Notes: generated from the letters alone by a model not told the origin. Counted from the first letter of the stretch, positions 40,110 to 51,701 are shown. The stretch: DNA of 64,000 nucleotides from Vulcanimicrobiota bacterium (GCA_963805945.1 CAWDVP010000008.1:1-64000), one strand, 5' to 3'. Program-made: numbers and translations.

Positions 40110-41136
40110 CTATTTCCGCGCCGTGAGGCGCACGATCACTTCTTCGAGCGCTTGGTCAGCCTGACGCCGGCCCGTGATCGAACGCTCGAGCGCCGCCATC
40201 GTGACGTCGACACGCTCTTTCAATTCTTTCTTCGACAGGCCGCGTCCGACGCCCAAGAGCTTGTTGACGCGCCACGCGTTCTGACCGCTCGCGGTGGCGT
40301 ATTCATTGCCGCGCGCGCCGTTGTGCAGTTCCCAGATGATCTGCTGCTCGCCGGCGAGCCACACTAGCGGGCCGATCGCCGCGCTCGGATCGGTCGTGAG
40401 CTCCTTCGCGAGCTTGAGCGCGAGATCGGTTTTGCCGTCGTTGATCGCGCCGGCGAGGTCCCAGAACTTCACATCGCTGCTCGGCAGCGCGTACTCGCGC
40501 ACGTCCGCCTCCTTGATGTCCTTCTTCAGCAGCGACAGCAGGTCGATGGCGTTCTTGATCTCGGCGACGTTCTCGAGCGAGGCGAGCGCGTTCACCGCGC
40601 CGGCGTCCATCGCCACCTTGATCTGCGCGGCATAGTCCTCGATGTACTTCTTGCAGCCCGCCGCGTTGAGCGTCACGTCGATGACGATCGAATCGTCGCA
40701 GGCCTTGGCGAATGCCGCCGCCTCGTCCATCGGCTTGCGTCCTTGCGGCCTGGAAGGCTTGCCGCTGTGGTCGATGAGCAGCAGCGCCTGCTCGGGCGTG
40801 TCTTCCGCTGCGGAGACGATCTCGTCGCGGTCTTCCTTCTTGAGATCGATGGTGCCGCGCACCACCACGACGCGGCGCGCGGCGAGGAACGGCATCGCGG
40901 CGGTCTTCTCGGCGATCGCGCCCAAGCCGCCCGCGCCGCGCGCATCCACGACGTCGACGTTGAGCGCGCGCATCGATGCATCGGGCACTGCCGCGGCGAG
41001 ATCAGCCGTGCCACGACCTCGTCCGCGAGGATCGTCTCCTTGCCCGCGATCACCACGAGCCGAGGCGGCCAGTGCGGCTGGGCTGGCGGCGAACTGCAGA
41101 GTAGCCGATCTTGCCCGCCGGCTTCTTCGCAGGCAC
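40110..41136 (-). CDS. holA: DNA polymerase III delta subunit (divergent); frameshifts near the 5' end, start uncertain
   Basis: [54 protein letters not shown]; overall HolA-like layout. Confidence 0.7.
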
Positions 41137-41137
41137 C

Positions 41138-42229
41138 TTAGGGACGGACCGCCGCGCGGATCGGCTCGCGCGCGAGCATCTCCGCGATGGCGACGCCGAA
41201 CGGCGGCCGCAGGTCGCCGAACTCGGTCGCGAAGGCGCTGATATAGACGAGCAGGCGTCACGTCGAACGACGGATTGGCGACCGGCGCGTCCGGCGGCGC
41301 GATCGGCGTGCCGCGCACTTGCAGCACTTCTTTCGCATCGCGCTCCTCGATCGGGATATCGTCGCCTGTCGCCATGCTCGCGTCGAACGTCGAACGCGGC
41401 GCCGCGACGTAAAAGGGTATGCCGTGCTCGCGTGCGAGCACCGCGAGACCGTAGCTGCCGATCTTGTTCGCGGTGTCGCCGTTGGCGGCGATGCGGTCGG
41501 CGCCCACGATGACGGCTCCGATCTCGCCGCGGCGCATGAAGTAGGCCGCCATGCGCGTCGGTGATGAGCGTGAACGGGATGCCGTCGCCGAGCAGCTCGT
41601 ACGTGGTGAGCCGCGCGCCCTGCAGCTGCGGGCGCGTCTCGCCCACGTACACCGCGCGCAGCTTGCCCGCGCGCCAAGCGGAGCGGATGACGCCGAGCGC
41701 CGTGCCGTAACCGCCGGTGGCGAAGTCGCCGGTATTGCAATGGGTGAGCACTTGCACGCCGTCGGGCAGCAGCGCCTCGCCGGCGGCGCCGATGCGGCGG
41801 CATGCCTCGATATCGTCAGCGTGCAGCGCCGCGGCCGCGACCTGCAGCTGTGCGGCGACGGTCTTGGCCGACGCACCGCCGTTGATGTTGCGCTTGGCCT
41901 CGTTGAGCAATTCGTTGACCGCCCAAGGCAGGTTGACCGCGGTCGGCCGCGCCGACGCGAGCGTCTGCGCCGCGTCGGAGAGCATGGCGAGGAAATGGTC
42001 CGGGCTATCGGCTTTTTGCGCCGCGTCGAGCGCCGCGATCGCCAGGCCGTATGCCGCCTGCGATGCCGATGGCCGGCGCGCCGCGCACGCGCATCTCGCG
42101 GATCGCGTTGACGACCGCCGCCGGCGAGTCGAGCGACAGCACCTCGACCGCGTCGGGCAGTTTGGTCTGATCGATGAGGCGCAGGATTGCCGGCTCGTAG
42201 GCGATGTGCGGCGGGCGCTGCGGGGTCAT
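41138..42229 (-). CDS. mtnA: S-methyl-5-thioribose-1-phosphate isomerase; several frameshifts
   Basis: [74 protein letters not shown]. Confidence 0.94.
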
Positions 42230-43538
42230 GCGCGCGCGAACTCCTGGTCGGCGACGCTGAGCGCCTCGCCGATGATGCGCGCCGCCTCGTCCGCCTGCGC
42301 GATGGTGACGACGAGCGGCGGTTGGATCCGCAGCGTGCTCGCATACAGCCCGCCGCGCCCGATGAGCAGGCCTTTGTCTTTGCACAGGTTGAGGACGCGC
42401 TCTGCCGCTGCCCCGGCCGGCTCTTTGGTGGCGCGATTGATGACGAGTTCCACGCCGATCATGAGCCCGCGCCCGCGCACCTCGCCGACGATCGGATGAC
42501 GCGCGGCAAGCGCGCGCAGCGACGCCATGAGGTGCGCGCCGACCTTGCCGGCGTTGGCCGTCAGGTTCTCTTCTTCTACCACCTCGAGCGCGGCGACCGC
42601 GGCGCGCGAGGACAGCGGATTGCCGCCGAACGTGTTGATATGCGGTCCTTGATATGCGTCGGCGATCTCCCGGCGCGCGATCACCACCGAGATCGGCAGT
42701 CCGTTGCCCAGGCCCTTCGCCGAGGTGATGATGTCCGGCGTGACGCCCCAATCGGTGATCCCGAACATGTTCGAGCCGAGCCGGCCCCATGCCGTCTGCA
42801 CTTCGTCGGCGATGAAGAGGATGCCGTGGCGGTCGAGGATCTCCTTGACCTTCGGGTAGTACTCGGGCGGCGGCGTGATGATGCCGCCGACGCCTTGGAT
42901 CGTCTCGGCGAAGTAACCGGCGACGTGGCCAGACGTCTCGGTCTTGATGATGTTCTCGATGGCGTCCGCGCACGCGATCTCGCACGATGGATAGGTGAGG
43001 TTGAGCGGGCAGCGATAGCAGTACGCGTTGGGCGCGAACACGATCTTGCTCGGCTCGCCGCCGAAGTTGCGCCACGCCGCTAAGCCGGTGATGCCCACCG
43101 TCCACGCGGAGCGGCCGTGGTAGGCGTGGGCGAGCGCGATGAACTCCGAATGTTTGGTGAAGTGGCGGGCCAGCACGCGCCGCCAGTTCATTCGCCTCGG
43201 TGCCGGAGTTGCCGATGAAGACCTTGTCCAGGCCGGGCGGCGAGATCTCGGAGAGCTTCTCCGCCAGATCGAGCATCGGCTCGTTCAAGTACAAGCGTCG
43301 AGGTGTGGACGATCTTGTCCACCTGATCGTGGACGGCGGCCTTCACCTTCGGGTGGTTGTGGCCGGCGACGAGCACCGCGATGCCGGCGAAGAAGTCGAG
43401 ATAGCGGCGGCCTTCGTCGTCGGTGACATACGCGCCGTCACCCGAGACCAACGTCAGCGGCTCCGGATAGTAGGTCTTGGCGCAGTCCATGAGATACGCG
43501 GCCTTGCGTGCTGCGTTGCGGTTCGCTACTTTCGCCAT
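42226..43538 (-). CDS. Class III (PLP) aminotransferase, AGXT2-like; frameshifts near 43190 and 43295
   Basis: [73 protein letters not shown]. Confidence 0.92.
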
Positions 43539-43632
43539 GGTGGCGCTGAAGGTTCTACGCCCCCGGCACACGCGCCCCCCGGGGCACGCGCCGCGCGGGG
43601 ATGGCGCGTGCTCCGGGCGAACGCGCCAGCGC

Positions 43633-44466
43633 GTGCATCACCATTTCCGGCTTGCCTTGGCCTGCGCGGTCGCGGTCGGCGTCGCGGCGCTCGCGTCGCC
43701 GCTGGGCGCCCGATCCGACGATGCGCCGGCCGACGACGATCCCTGCCTTTCGCTGCTCGCGGTCGTCAACAGGCCCACCATCGGCACGAGTCCGTGCTCG
43801 GTCAAGCCCGGCAAGGTGCTATTGGAAGCAGGCTACACGAACGGGGCGTCCGGCGACCTTCACATCAACCTCGCCACCGCGCCGCAGTCGGTGTTCCGCA
43901 TCGGTCTGCCGCACGATCTCGAGGTCGACGTCACGCCGCCGTCGGAGAACTGGCAGTCCACGGCGGGCGGTGTCGCGAGCGCGGGCACGAGCGATTCCGG
44001 CATCGGCATCAAGTACGAGATCGGGCACCATCGACGCTTCGCGTATGCGGCCGGTCTCAACGCGACGTTTCCGACTGGTTCGCTCTCCTTCACCAGCGGC
44101 TCGCCCGTGTACACGTTGAGTTTCGACGAGTCGTATGCGCTCAGCCGCACCGTCGGCCTAGCCGCGTCGCAGTACGTCATCAGCGCGACCGGGAGAAATG
44201 CGGCCGGCGGACTGACGCGCTTCATCTCCTTCGCACCCACGGTCGTCGTCAGCCAGGCGTTGGGCCTGGACGCGCAAGCGTATCTCGAAGGGTATAGCGC
44301 GATCCCGTTCACACCGGGCGGCGGACCGCGCTACTTCTACGATGGGGGCGTGCAGCAGGCGATCGCCAACCGCGTGGAGCTCGACGTCGAGGTGGGATCG
44401 AACTTCGCGACCGCTTCGAGCGGTCATTCGCACTACGTCGGGTTCGGCCTCGCGATATTGTTCTGA
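43633..44466 (+). CDS. Putative outer-membrane beta-barrel 'transporter' (MetA-pathway-like)
   Basis: Signal peptide, NRPT..S..VKPG..LEAG, R-x-GL, SDSGIGIKY, C-terminal alternating strand ending in F. Confidence 0.7.
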   Translation: MHHHFRLALACAVAVGVAALASPLGARSDDAPADDDPCLSLLAVVNRPTIGTSPCSVKPGKVLLEAGYTNGASGDLHINLATAPQSVFRIGLPHDLEVDVTPPSENWQSTAGGVASAGTSDSGIGIKYEIGHHRRFAYAAGLNATFPTGSLSFTSGSPVYTLSFDESYALSRTVGLAASQYVISATGRNAAGGLTRFISFAPTVVVSQALGLDAQAYLEGYSAIPFTPGGGPRYFYDGGVQQAIANRVELDVEVGSNFATASSGHSHYVGFGLAILF

Positions 44467-44481
44467 CGGGCGATCGAGCCG

Positions 44482-47400
44482 CTAGATCTTGTGGAAGCCC
44501 AGCAGGCGGCGCAGCACGCCCGTGAAGGTGAGCAGGGCGAAGGGTATGAGCAGCCATCCGGCCGCACGCAGCAGGCCGGCGGACGAGGCGGCGGTGACGG
44601 GCGAACCCGGGATGCCGCACCCGGAGACGCGCCACGACGTGAGCAGCGCAGGATCGAGCGACGCGTAGGTCGCGATGCCGAGCGCCGCGGCGTCGTCGAG
44701 CGGCGCGCGCTCGTCGCACGCAGCCGTTGTAGCGGTCGAATTTATTCGACCGTCCGCCGGCACCGCTGAGCCCGGCACGAATGCGAAGATGAGGAACGCG
44801 ATAAGCACCGGCGCGAGCAGCCACGCGAGCATGCGCCACGGCCGCACGCCGTAGCCCGGGATCGCGCGCAGCACGCGGTCGCCCAGCAAGCGCAACAGAT
44901 CCGCCCAGCAGGCCGCGGTCCACGGCGGATTGCGGAACGGCCGGATCGCGTCTCCCTCGAGTTCGCGTCGCATGTAGAACGCGTCGGCCGCCATGCGGGC
45001 CTGCGCGCGCGGCGAGTGCGCGGGACCGCGCTGTCCTTTGTCGACGGCGCGCGCCGGGAACACCGCATCGTCGCTCGGCGCTTGCGACGCGGACTGCAGC
45101 ACGACGAAATGACCGCCGCGCAGGTCGAGGGTGAGGCCATGGTCGCTCGAACGCGCCGGCGCCGGCGCGGGCGTGAGTTCGCCGTTGCCGCGCGCAGGCC
45201 GCCCCGAGACTGCTTGCGCGCGCACGCTCTTCGCCGCGGCGCGCTCGCCGATGCGCAGGCCGCGGAAATGCATCCAGCGCAGATCGAGCGGCGCCTCGAA
45301 CGTCGCATCGGAGAACACCGCGTCGCGGCCGACGCGGCTGCCGACAAAACGGGTCTCGGCGGCGAAACTCGCGCGCTCGCACAGCAGGTCTGAGGTCACG
45401 TCCGCACCATCGAAGATCGCTCGGCGGGCGAACGCTGCGCCGCTGCAATCGAGCTGTCCGCCGATGTGTGCGGCGTCGAAGCGCGCGTCGCCGCCGAAGC
45501 GAGCACCCGAGCACAGCATGTCCGACTGCACGCTTGCGCCTTCGAAGTCGGCCGGCCCATCGAAGCGCGTCGTGCGCAGCTGCAGCCCCTCGCCGAACGT
45601 CGCACCTGAGAATTCCGCGCGCGCGGCGAACGTGGCATCGTCGAAGCTCGAGTCTTTGCCTGCGCTGATCCTGTGGAACAGGGTGTCGCCGCCGAACGTC
45701 GCGCCACTCGCGTCGACGCCGCCGGCGATGCCGACGTCGTTGCAACGCACTTCGCCCTGCAGTCGTGCCGCCCGCATGCCGAGCGCTCCCCGCACCTCTG
45801 CGCCGTCGAACAACGCGGCGCGCGCGAAGACCGCCTTATCGAAGGACGCGCTGCCGCCGATACGAGCGCCGCGGAAATCTGCATCCGCATCAAATGCGGC
45901 AGCGCCGCATTCCAACGAGCCGCCGGTCTGCACGGCGCCGAACTGCGCCGCGCCGGTGAAATGGGATCCCGTCAGGGTGGCGCCGGCGCCGATGCGCGCC
46001 GCGCCGAAATTGGCCTCACGGGCGAAAGTGGCGCTCGTGCCTGCGACGCCGCCACCGACGACGAGCGAGCGGAACGTCGCGGGGCCATCGAAGCGAGCGC
46101 CATCGATCTTCAGATCGCCGCCGACCTTGGCGTGCGCAAAGGTCGCGTCCTCGCAGAAATGCGCTTTGCTGGCGAGCAGCGCGCCCTTGCAGGAAAGGCT
46201 CGCGAAGCGCGCCGCGCGCGCGAGGGTCGCGCCGCTCAGGTCCACGTCGCCGCCGCTCTCGGCGGCGCTCAGATCGATCTCGCCGCGGCACTCGACGTTG
46301 GCAGCGGCGATCGCGCCGGCGCGCAGGCTCGGCATCGCGGTGGCGCCCGCGAAAACCGTCCAGGCGAAGCACGCCCGCCCGTCCACGCGGACGTTCGGCA
46401 GAGTCAGCTGCGGCGGCGAAGGTCGCGCGCGTGCAGTCGAGCGAGCCCAGGCGCGCGTTGGCAAAGGTGACAGGACCATGGAACGCCGCGTGCGTGAAGT
46501 CGGCTTCGCCGGCGACGCGCAATTCGCTCAGGTCGGCGCCGCGGTCGAACGAGGCGGACTCGCACGACAGCGCGCCGCCGACGTCGCAGCCGCGCAGATC
46601 CGCGCCTCGCCTTGAATTTCGCGTCCTCGAGGTTCAGGTCCGCGCCGACGCCCATGCCCGCGAAACTCACGTCGCGCTCGAACACCGATTGCAGGCACAG
46701 CACGTTGCGCGCCATCGCGCGCCTCTTTGAGCGACACGGTCGCGGCGAACACGATGTTCGACAGCGTGAGCTGCGCCAGCTGGGCGCCTTCGAACGCCAC
46801 CTCGCCGCCAAAGGACGCGCCGGTGGCGATGACCGCCTCCGTGACGCGGATCGACGGGAACAGCGCGCGTCGCCGGAAGTGCGACTCCGAAAGATCGAGC
46901 TGGCCGCCGATCTGCGCGCGCTCGAGCCGCACGTCGCCGTCGAAGGCCGCGCGCTTGAGGCTCGCATGCCGCACGACCGAGAGGTCGATGAGGGCGACGT
47001 CGCCGGCGACGAGCGCGCCCTCGAGGATGAGGTCGCCGCCGATCTGCAGTTCTTGGCACTCGAACGGTCCATGGATCTTCAGCGCGTCGCCCGTGAGCGA
47101 GCCGCCGATCCTGGCGCCTTTGGCGCGCAGCGCGTCCGTCGACGTCGGCGTCATGCAGGCTCAGTGCGCCGCCGATCGCGACACCCGCGAGATCGAGTTC
47201 GCCGCTGAACTTCACGCCCGCGAAACTGACGTCGCCTTCGCCGCGCATGCCGGCGAGGATCACGCGGCCGCCGAACGCCGTGCCGTCGAAGCGGACCGCC
47301 TGCAAGAAGCGCGCATCGCCGAGTGAGATGCCCGCGGCGCGCGAATTGGTGATTGCGAACGAAGCCGGCACGTAGCGTCCGCTCAAGTCGAGGTCGCCCG

Positions 47401-47563
47401 CGATCACCGCGTTGTCGATGTCGACCGCAAGGCCGAGGCGGACCGCCTCGAGGATCCAGTCGGCGCGGACGACGCGCGCGGCTTCGCCGGCCTCGCCAGG
47501 AAGATGCAGCGGCGTGCCGGCGAGCAGCGCCTGGAGGTTGCTATCGCCGACGACGTCCATCAA
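44482..47563 (-). CDS. Large pentapeptide-like beta-helix repeat protein with C-terminal membrane segment; several frameshifts
   Basis: Many ~20-aa units of type A-x-F-xxx-A-x-F-x-G-A-x-I-G-G-x-L. C-terminal GYGVRPWRMLAWLL TM region and a second TM ending FTGVLRR. Confidence 0.75.
44729..44752 (+). repeat. REP family B inside the beta-helix protein gene
   Basis: GTAGCGGTCGAATTTATTCGACCG; translated GRINSTA. Confidence 0.88.
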
Positions 47564-48063
47564 TCGAACTTCCTACGCAGTTGTGCCATCGCGACGGCGC
47601 TGCACGCCGCATCGTAGCCCTTATTGGATGTAGCGGTCGAATTTATTCGACCGGGCGGACGGTCGACTGAAGTCGACCGCTCCATATGCTCCGCGGCATT
47701 TCCGCCGTCTGCGGCCGAGCGCTCGCGCGCCTGCTGCTCGTTCTCGGTGGTGAGCACGCCGAAGATGACCGGGATGCCGGTTTTCAGCGCGACGTCCGCG
47801 ATGCCCCGCGCCGCTTCGCCCGCGACGTATTCGAAGTGAGGCGTGTCACCGCGGATGACGCAGCCCAGGCACACCACGGCGTTGTACGTCTTGGTCTGCG
47901 CCGCCCACAGCGCGGCGACCGGCAGCTCGAACGCGCCGGGCACCTCGAAGACGTCGACGAGGTCCGCCTCGATCTTCGCCTCGGCGAAGCCGCGGCGCGC
48001 GCCGTCGAGCAGCGCCTGCGTGATCGGCCCGTTGAAACGGCTGCGGATGACTGCGAAACGCAC
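47560..48063 (-). CDS. ribH: Lumazine synthase with in-frame palindrome-derived insertion
   Basis: SRFNGPIT, VPGAFELP, LGCVIRGDTPHFEYVA, PVIFGVLTT, NKGYDAA. Confidence 0.95.
   Translation of the reverse strand: MRFAVIRSRFNGPITQALLDGARRGFAEAKIEADLVDVFEVPGAFELPVAALWAAQTKTYNAVVCLGCVIRGDTPHFEYVAGEAARGIADVALKTGIPVIFGVLTTENEQQARERSAADGGNAAEHMERSTSVDRPPGRINSTATSNKGYDAACSAVAMAQLRRKFD
47630..47683. repeat. REP family B inverted doublet inside ribH
   Basis: GTAGCGGTCGAATTTATTCGACCG (47630-47653) plus CGGTCGACTGAAGTCGACCGCTCC (47660-47683). Confidence 0.9.
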
Positions 48064-48072
48064 CGAGGCGCT

Positions 48073-49281
48073 CTACTGGCCCGTCTTCTCGAAGAGGTGG
48101 CCGAGCTTCTCTTTCTTCACGCGCAGATAGTCGGCGTTGTACTCGTCGCCGTCCACGATGAGCGGCACTCTGCCGGTCATCTTCAACCCGTAGCCCTCGA
48201 GCCCGACGATCTTGCGCGGATTGTTGGTGATGATCTTCATCTCGCGCACGCCCAGGTCGTGGAGGATCTGCGAACCGGTGCCGTACTCGCGATTGTCGAC
48301 GGGCAAGCCGAGCCGCTGATTGGCCTCGACCGTGTCGGCGCCTTCGTCCTGCAGCTCGTAGGCGCGCAATTTGTTGGCGAGCCCGATGCCGCGCCCTTCT
48401 TGATGCAGGTAGAGGAACACGCCGCGCCCGTTGCGCGCGATGATGTGCAGCGCGGCGTCGCGCTGCGCGGCGCAGTCGCAGCGCTTGCTGCCGAGCGCGT
48501 CGCCGGTGAGGCATTCGGAGTGCACGCGCACGGGAACGTCGCGGCCGTCGCCGATCTCGCCCATGACGAGCGCCACGTGGCACGCGTGGTCGACGAGCGA
48601 CTCGTAGCCGTAGCCGGTGAAATCGCCGAAGCGCGTCGGCATCTTGAAGGTGGCGATGCGCTTCACGAGCTTCTCGTGGCGCATGCGATAGGCGATGAGG
48701 TCGGTGACGGTGATGAGCTTCATGCCGTGCTCCGCGGCGAACAGCTCGAGCCGCGGGCGGCGCATCATCTTGCCGTCGTCGTCGAGGATCTCGCAGATGA
48801 CGCCGGCCGGATACAGGCCCGCGAGCTGAGCGAGATCGACGCCCGCTTCGGTCTGTCCGGCGCGCACGAGCACGCCGCCTTCGCGCGCGCGCAGCGGGAA
48901 CGTGTGCCCGGGGCAGACGAAGTCGCTCGGCTTCGAGCGCGGATCGAGCAGCGCGGCGATGGTCGACGCGCGATCGTGCGCCGAGATGCCGGTGGTCGTC
49001 CGGCCTTTAGCCTCGACCGACACGGTGAACGCCGTCTCGAGCGGCGAGGTGTTCTCGCGCACCATCATCGGGATGTGCAGCTCGTCGAGCCGGCGTCCGA
49101 TGATCGGCACGCAGATCAGCCCGCGACCGTGCTTCGTCATGAAGTTGATCGCCTCGGGCGTCACCATCTGCGCCGCCATGGTGAGGTCGCCTTCGTTCTC
49201 GCGATCCTCATCGTCCATGACGACGATCATCTTGCCGGCGCGGATGTCGGCGATGGCTTCTTCTATTGTGGCAAGCGGCAT
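48073..49281 (-). CDS. ribBA: Bifunctional DHBP synthase / GTP cyclohydrolase II
   Basis: DDEDRENEGDL, TGISAHDR, RAGQTEA, VRVHSECLTGD..CDC, QEGRGIGL, TNNPRK. Confidence 0.97.
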   Translation of the reverse strand: MPLATIEEAIADIRAGKMIVVMDDEDRENEGDLTMAAQMVTPEAINFMTKHGRGLICVPIIGRRLDELHIPMMVRENTSPLETAFTVSVEAKGRTTTGISAHDRASTIAALLDPRSKPSDFVCPGHTFPLRAREGGVLVRAGQTEAGVDLAQLAGLYPAGVICEILDDDGKMMRRPRLELFAAEHGMKLITVTDLIAYRMRHEKLVKRIATFKMPTRFGDFTGYGYESLVDHACHVALVMGEIGDGRDVPVRVHSECLTGDALGSKRCDCAAQRDAALHIIARNGRGVFLYLHQEGRGIGLANKLRAYELQDEGADTVEANQRLGLPVDNREYGTGSQILHDLGVREMKIITNNPRKIVGLEGYGLKMTGRVPLIVDGDEYNADYLRVKKEKLGHLFEKTGQ

Positions 49282-49862
49282 AAGGCCTCGACGTAGCGTG
49301 CGACCGGATCGATCTCGAGGTTGAGGGTCGCGCCTGCGGCTTTGCTGCCGAACGTCGTCCGCGCCAGCGTCTCCGGTATCAACGCGACGGCGAACGCGGC
49401 GTTGTCCGCGTCCACGGCGGCGACCGTCAGACTGACGCCGTCGAGCGCGACATACCCCTTCTCTACGATCATCGGAGCTATCTTCGACGGGATTGAGCAC
49501 CACACCCTGAAGCCTTGTCCTTCGGGGGTTTTCGCGCGTATGACGCTGGTCGCATCGACGTGCCCGTAGACGAGATGCCCGCCCATCGGATCGCCGAGGC
49601 GCAGGCTCGGCTCGAGATTCACGTCGTCGCCCATAGCCAGCGTGCCGAGATCGCTGCGCGCGAGCGTCTCGGGGATGACGTCGAACGCCATCGTATCGCC
49701 GGCGATGCCGGCGACCGTCAGACAGACGCCGTTGACGTTGACGCTCGCGCCGGGCTTCTCGCCGCGCGCGAGCGCCGCGCACTCGATGACGAGCCGTTTG
49801 CCGCCGCCCGCCGCGGCGATCTCCGCGACGCGGCCCGAGTTGGTGATGAGACCGGTGAAGAT
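49263..49862 (-). CDS. ribE: Riboflavin synthase (alpha chain); start codon reads ATC
   Basis: (I/M)FTGLI after a GGAGG SD, VNGVCLTV, VNLEPSL, GGHLVYGHVD, KGYVALDGVSLTV, NLEID. Confidence 0.93.
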   Translation of the reverse strand: MFTGLITNSGRVAEIAAAGGGKRLVIECAALARGEKPGASVNVNGVCLTVAGIAGDTMAFDVIPETLARSDLGTLAMGDDVNLEPSLRLGDPMGGHLVYGHVDATSVIRAKTPEGQGFRVWCSIPSKIAPMIVEKGYVALDGVSLTVAAVDADNAAFAVALIPETLARTTFGSKAAGATLNLEIDPVARYVEALCRLPQ

Positions 49863-49865
49863 GTG

Positions 49866-50954
49866 CGTGCCTCCGGATCCGCGCTCACGAGCACATCGCG
49901 GCCGAGCCGCCGCACCGCCTCGACGCGAGCGCGCGCGGCGAGCGGGCTCGCGACTCCGGCGACTGAACCGCCGCTCGGCGCGCCGAGCGTGATGGGAGCG
50001 ATGATCCAATGGATGCGGTCGACGCAGCGCGCGGCGAGCAACGCGCGCGCAAGTGCCGGACCTCCTTCGCATAACACGCTGAGGCATCCTTGGCGCCCGA
50101 GCCGCGCGAGCATATCGCGCACGTCGACGCGCCCGCTCGGCGTGCTGCTTGCACTGCATGACGGACACGCCGCGAGCCTCGAGCGCCGCGCGCGTCGCGC
50201 GCGGCATCGCGTTCGTCGTCGCCACGATGGTCTGCGCCGCGCGATGATCGCGGACGAGCTTTGAATCGAGAGGGATGCGGCCGCGCGAGTCCACCACGAT
50301 GCGCTGATACGGGACTGCGCGTTTGTGCGCGGGCCGCACCGTGAGCAGCGGGTCGTCCACGATGGCGGTCTCGACGCCGATCATGACGGCATCGTGCTCG
50401 ATGCGCTGCGTGCGCGTGAAGCGCGCCGCCTGCGCGCCGCTGATGCTGCGTGCGTTCGCCGCGCCGGCGCGCGACGAATCCATCGAGCGATTGCGCGAGC
50501 TTAAGGGTCACGTATGGGATGCCAGTGAGGCGTTGCTTGCGGTACATGCGATTCTGTTCTTGCGCTTCGCGGCGCCGTCGCCCAGCTCGACGACGAGGCC
50601 GGCTCCGCGCAGCGCTGCGACGCCGGCGCCGCGCACATGCTTGTCCGGATCCTCGATTGCGATGACCGCACGCGCGATGCCGACGCGCGCGATCGCGGCG
50701 ACGCATGGCGGCGTACGACCGCGATGCGCGCATGGCTCGAGGGTGACGTAGATGGTCGCACCGCGCGCGCGCGCGCCTGCTTGGCGCAGAGCGACGATCT
50801 CGGCGTGCGGCGCGCCGGCGCGCTGGTGATAGCCGGAGCCGACAACCCGCCCGTCGGCGACGATCACCGCGCCGACGAGCGGATTAGGACTTGTGTCGCC
50901 GGTCGCGCGCGCCGCGAGGGCAAGTGCTCGGCGCATGAAGCGCGACGTCGCCAT
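49866..50954 (-). CDS. ribD: Riboflavin biosynthesis deaminase/reductase; frameshifts, 3' end approximate
   Basis: TSPNPLVGAVIV, HAE, TLEPCAHRGRTPPC, LKLAQSLDG, DDPLLTVR, LCEGG. Confidence 0.93.
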
Positions 50955-50977
50955 GAACGCCCGTTTTCTGCGCAACT

Positions 50978-51061
50978 GTAGGTGCCGACCTTTGGTGTAG
51001 GGGCCGACCTTTAGGTCGGCCCAGAAAAAATCGAAGGGTCGATCTGAAGATCGACCCCTAC
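50978..51061. repeat. REP family A partial copy plus inverted doublet
   Basis: Partial GTAGGTGCCGACCTTTGG (50978-50995), full copy 50997-51022, inverted copy 51036-51061. Confidence 0.9.
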
Positions 51062-51068
51062 AGACGCG

Positions 51069-51701
51069 CTACAAACGCGCGGCGAGGCATGCTGCAGCGA
51101 CCGATACCACACCGAGGCGCCGTAGGACGAGCGCGCACGCCCGTAGCGTCGCGCCGGTTGTCACGACATCGTCGACCAGGATGACGTCACGGCCTGCCAA
51201 GTGCAGCGCATCAACACCAGGCGCGAATGCGCCGGCGACATTCGCGTCGCGCGCGCCGAGGTCAAGTGAACTCTGCCGCTCGGTTGCGCGCGCGCGGCGC
51301 AGCGCGTCGCCAAGGGCGGGCGGCGAACCGAGCGCAGCCGCCAGCGCGCGCGCGATCACCTCGGCTTGATTGTAGCCACGAGAGCGCAAGCGCGCTGCGT
51401 GGAGCGGCACCGGCACGAGGATGCCTTCGACAGGCATCATGCGTCTGGCAAGAGCCTCGGCAAGCCGCGCGCCGACGGCACGCCTGCCCGCGTACTTGAA
51501 GGCGAGAATAGCGCTGCGCAGCATCCCTTCGTATGCGCCAAGCGCGGTGACCCGCTCGAGCCCGTCGATATCGCGCCGCACGATGGGCGTGCGCACGCCG
51601 ATGGCGCAAACGCATGCGTCGCACACGTCCGCTCCGAACTCCGCGCATCCGGCGCAACGTCGCGGCGCGAGCACGTCGGCAAGACCTGTAGCATCTGCCA
51701 T
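51069..51701 (-). CDS. comF: ComF family (double zinc ribbon plus PRTase) protein
   Basis: CAGC..CDAC, FKY, PVPLH..RGYNQAE, LVDDVVTTGATL. Confidence 0.9.
   Translation of the reverse strand: MADATGLADVLAPRRCAGCAEFGADVCDACVCAIGVRTPIVRRDIDGLERVTALGAYEGMLRSAILAFKYAGRRAVGARLAEALARRMMPVEGILVPVPLHAARLRSRGYNQAEVIARALAAALGSPPALGDALRRARATERQSSLDLGARDANVAGAFAPGVDALHLAGRDVILVDDVVTTGATLRACALVLRRLGVVSVAAACLAARL

Noticed and set aside
40110..42344. Apparent mtnA-holA fusion in the ORF track
   Set aside because: Frameshift artefact; mtnA has its own TAA at 41138-41140.
49263..50483. Apparent ribD-ribE fusion
   Set aside because: Frameshift artefact; a strong SD precedes the ribE FTG motif.
50955..51068. 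FMN riboswitch upstream of ribD
   Set aside because: The interval is filled by REP family A copies; no FMN consensus recognised.
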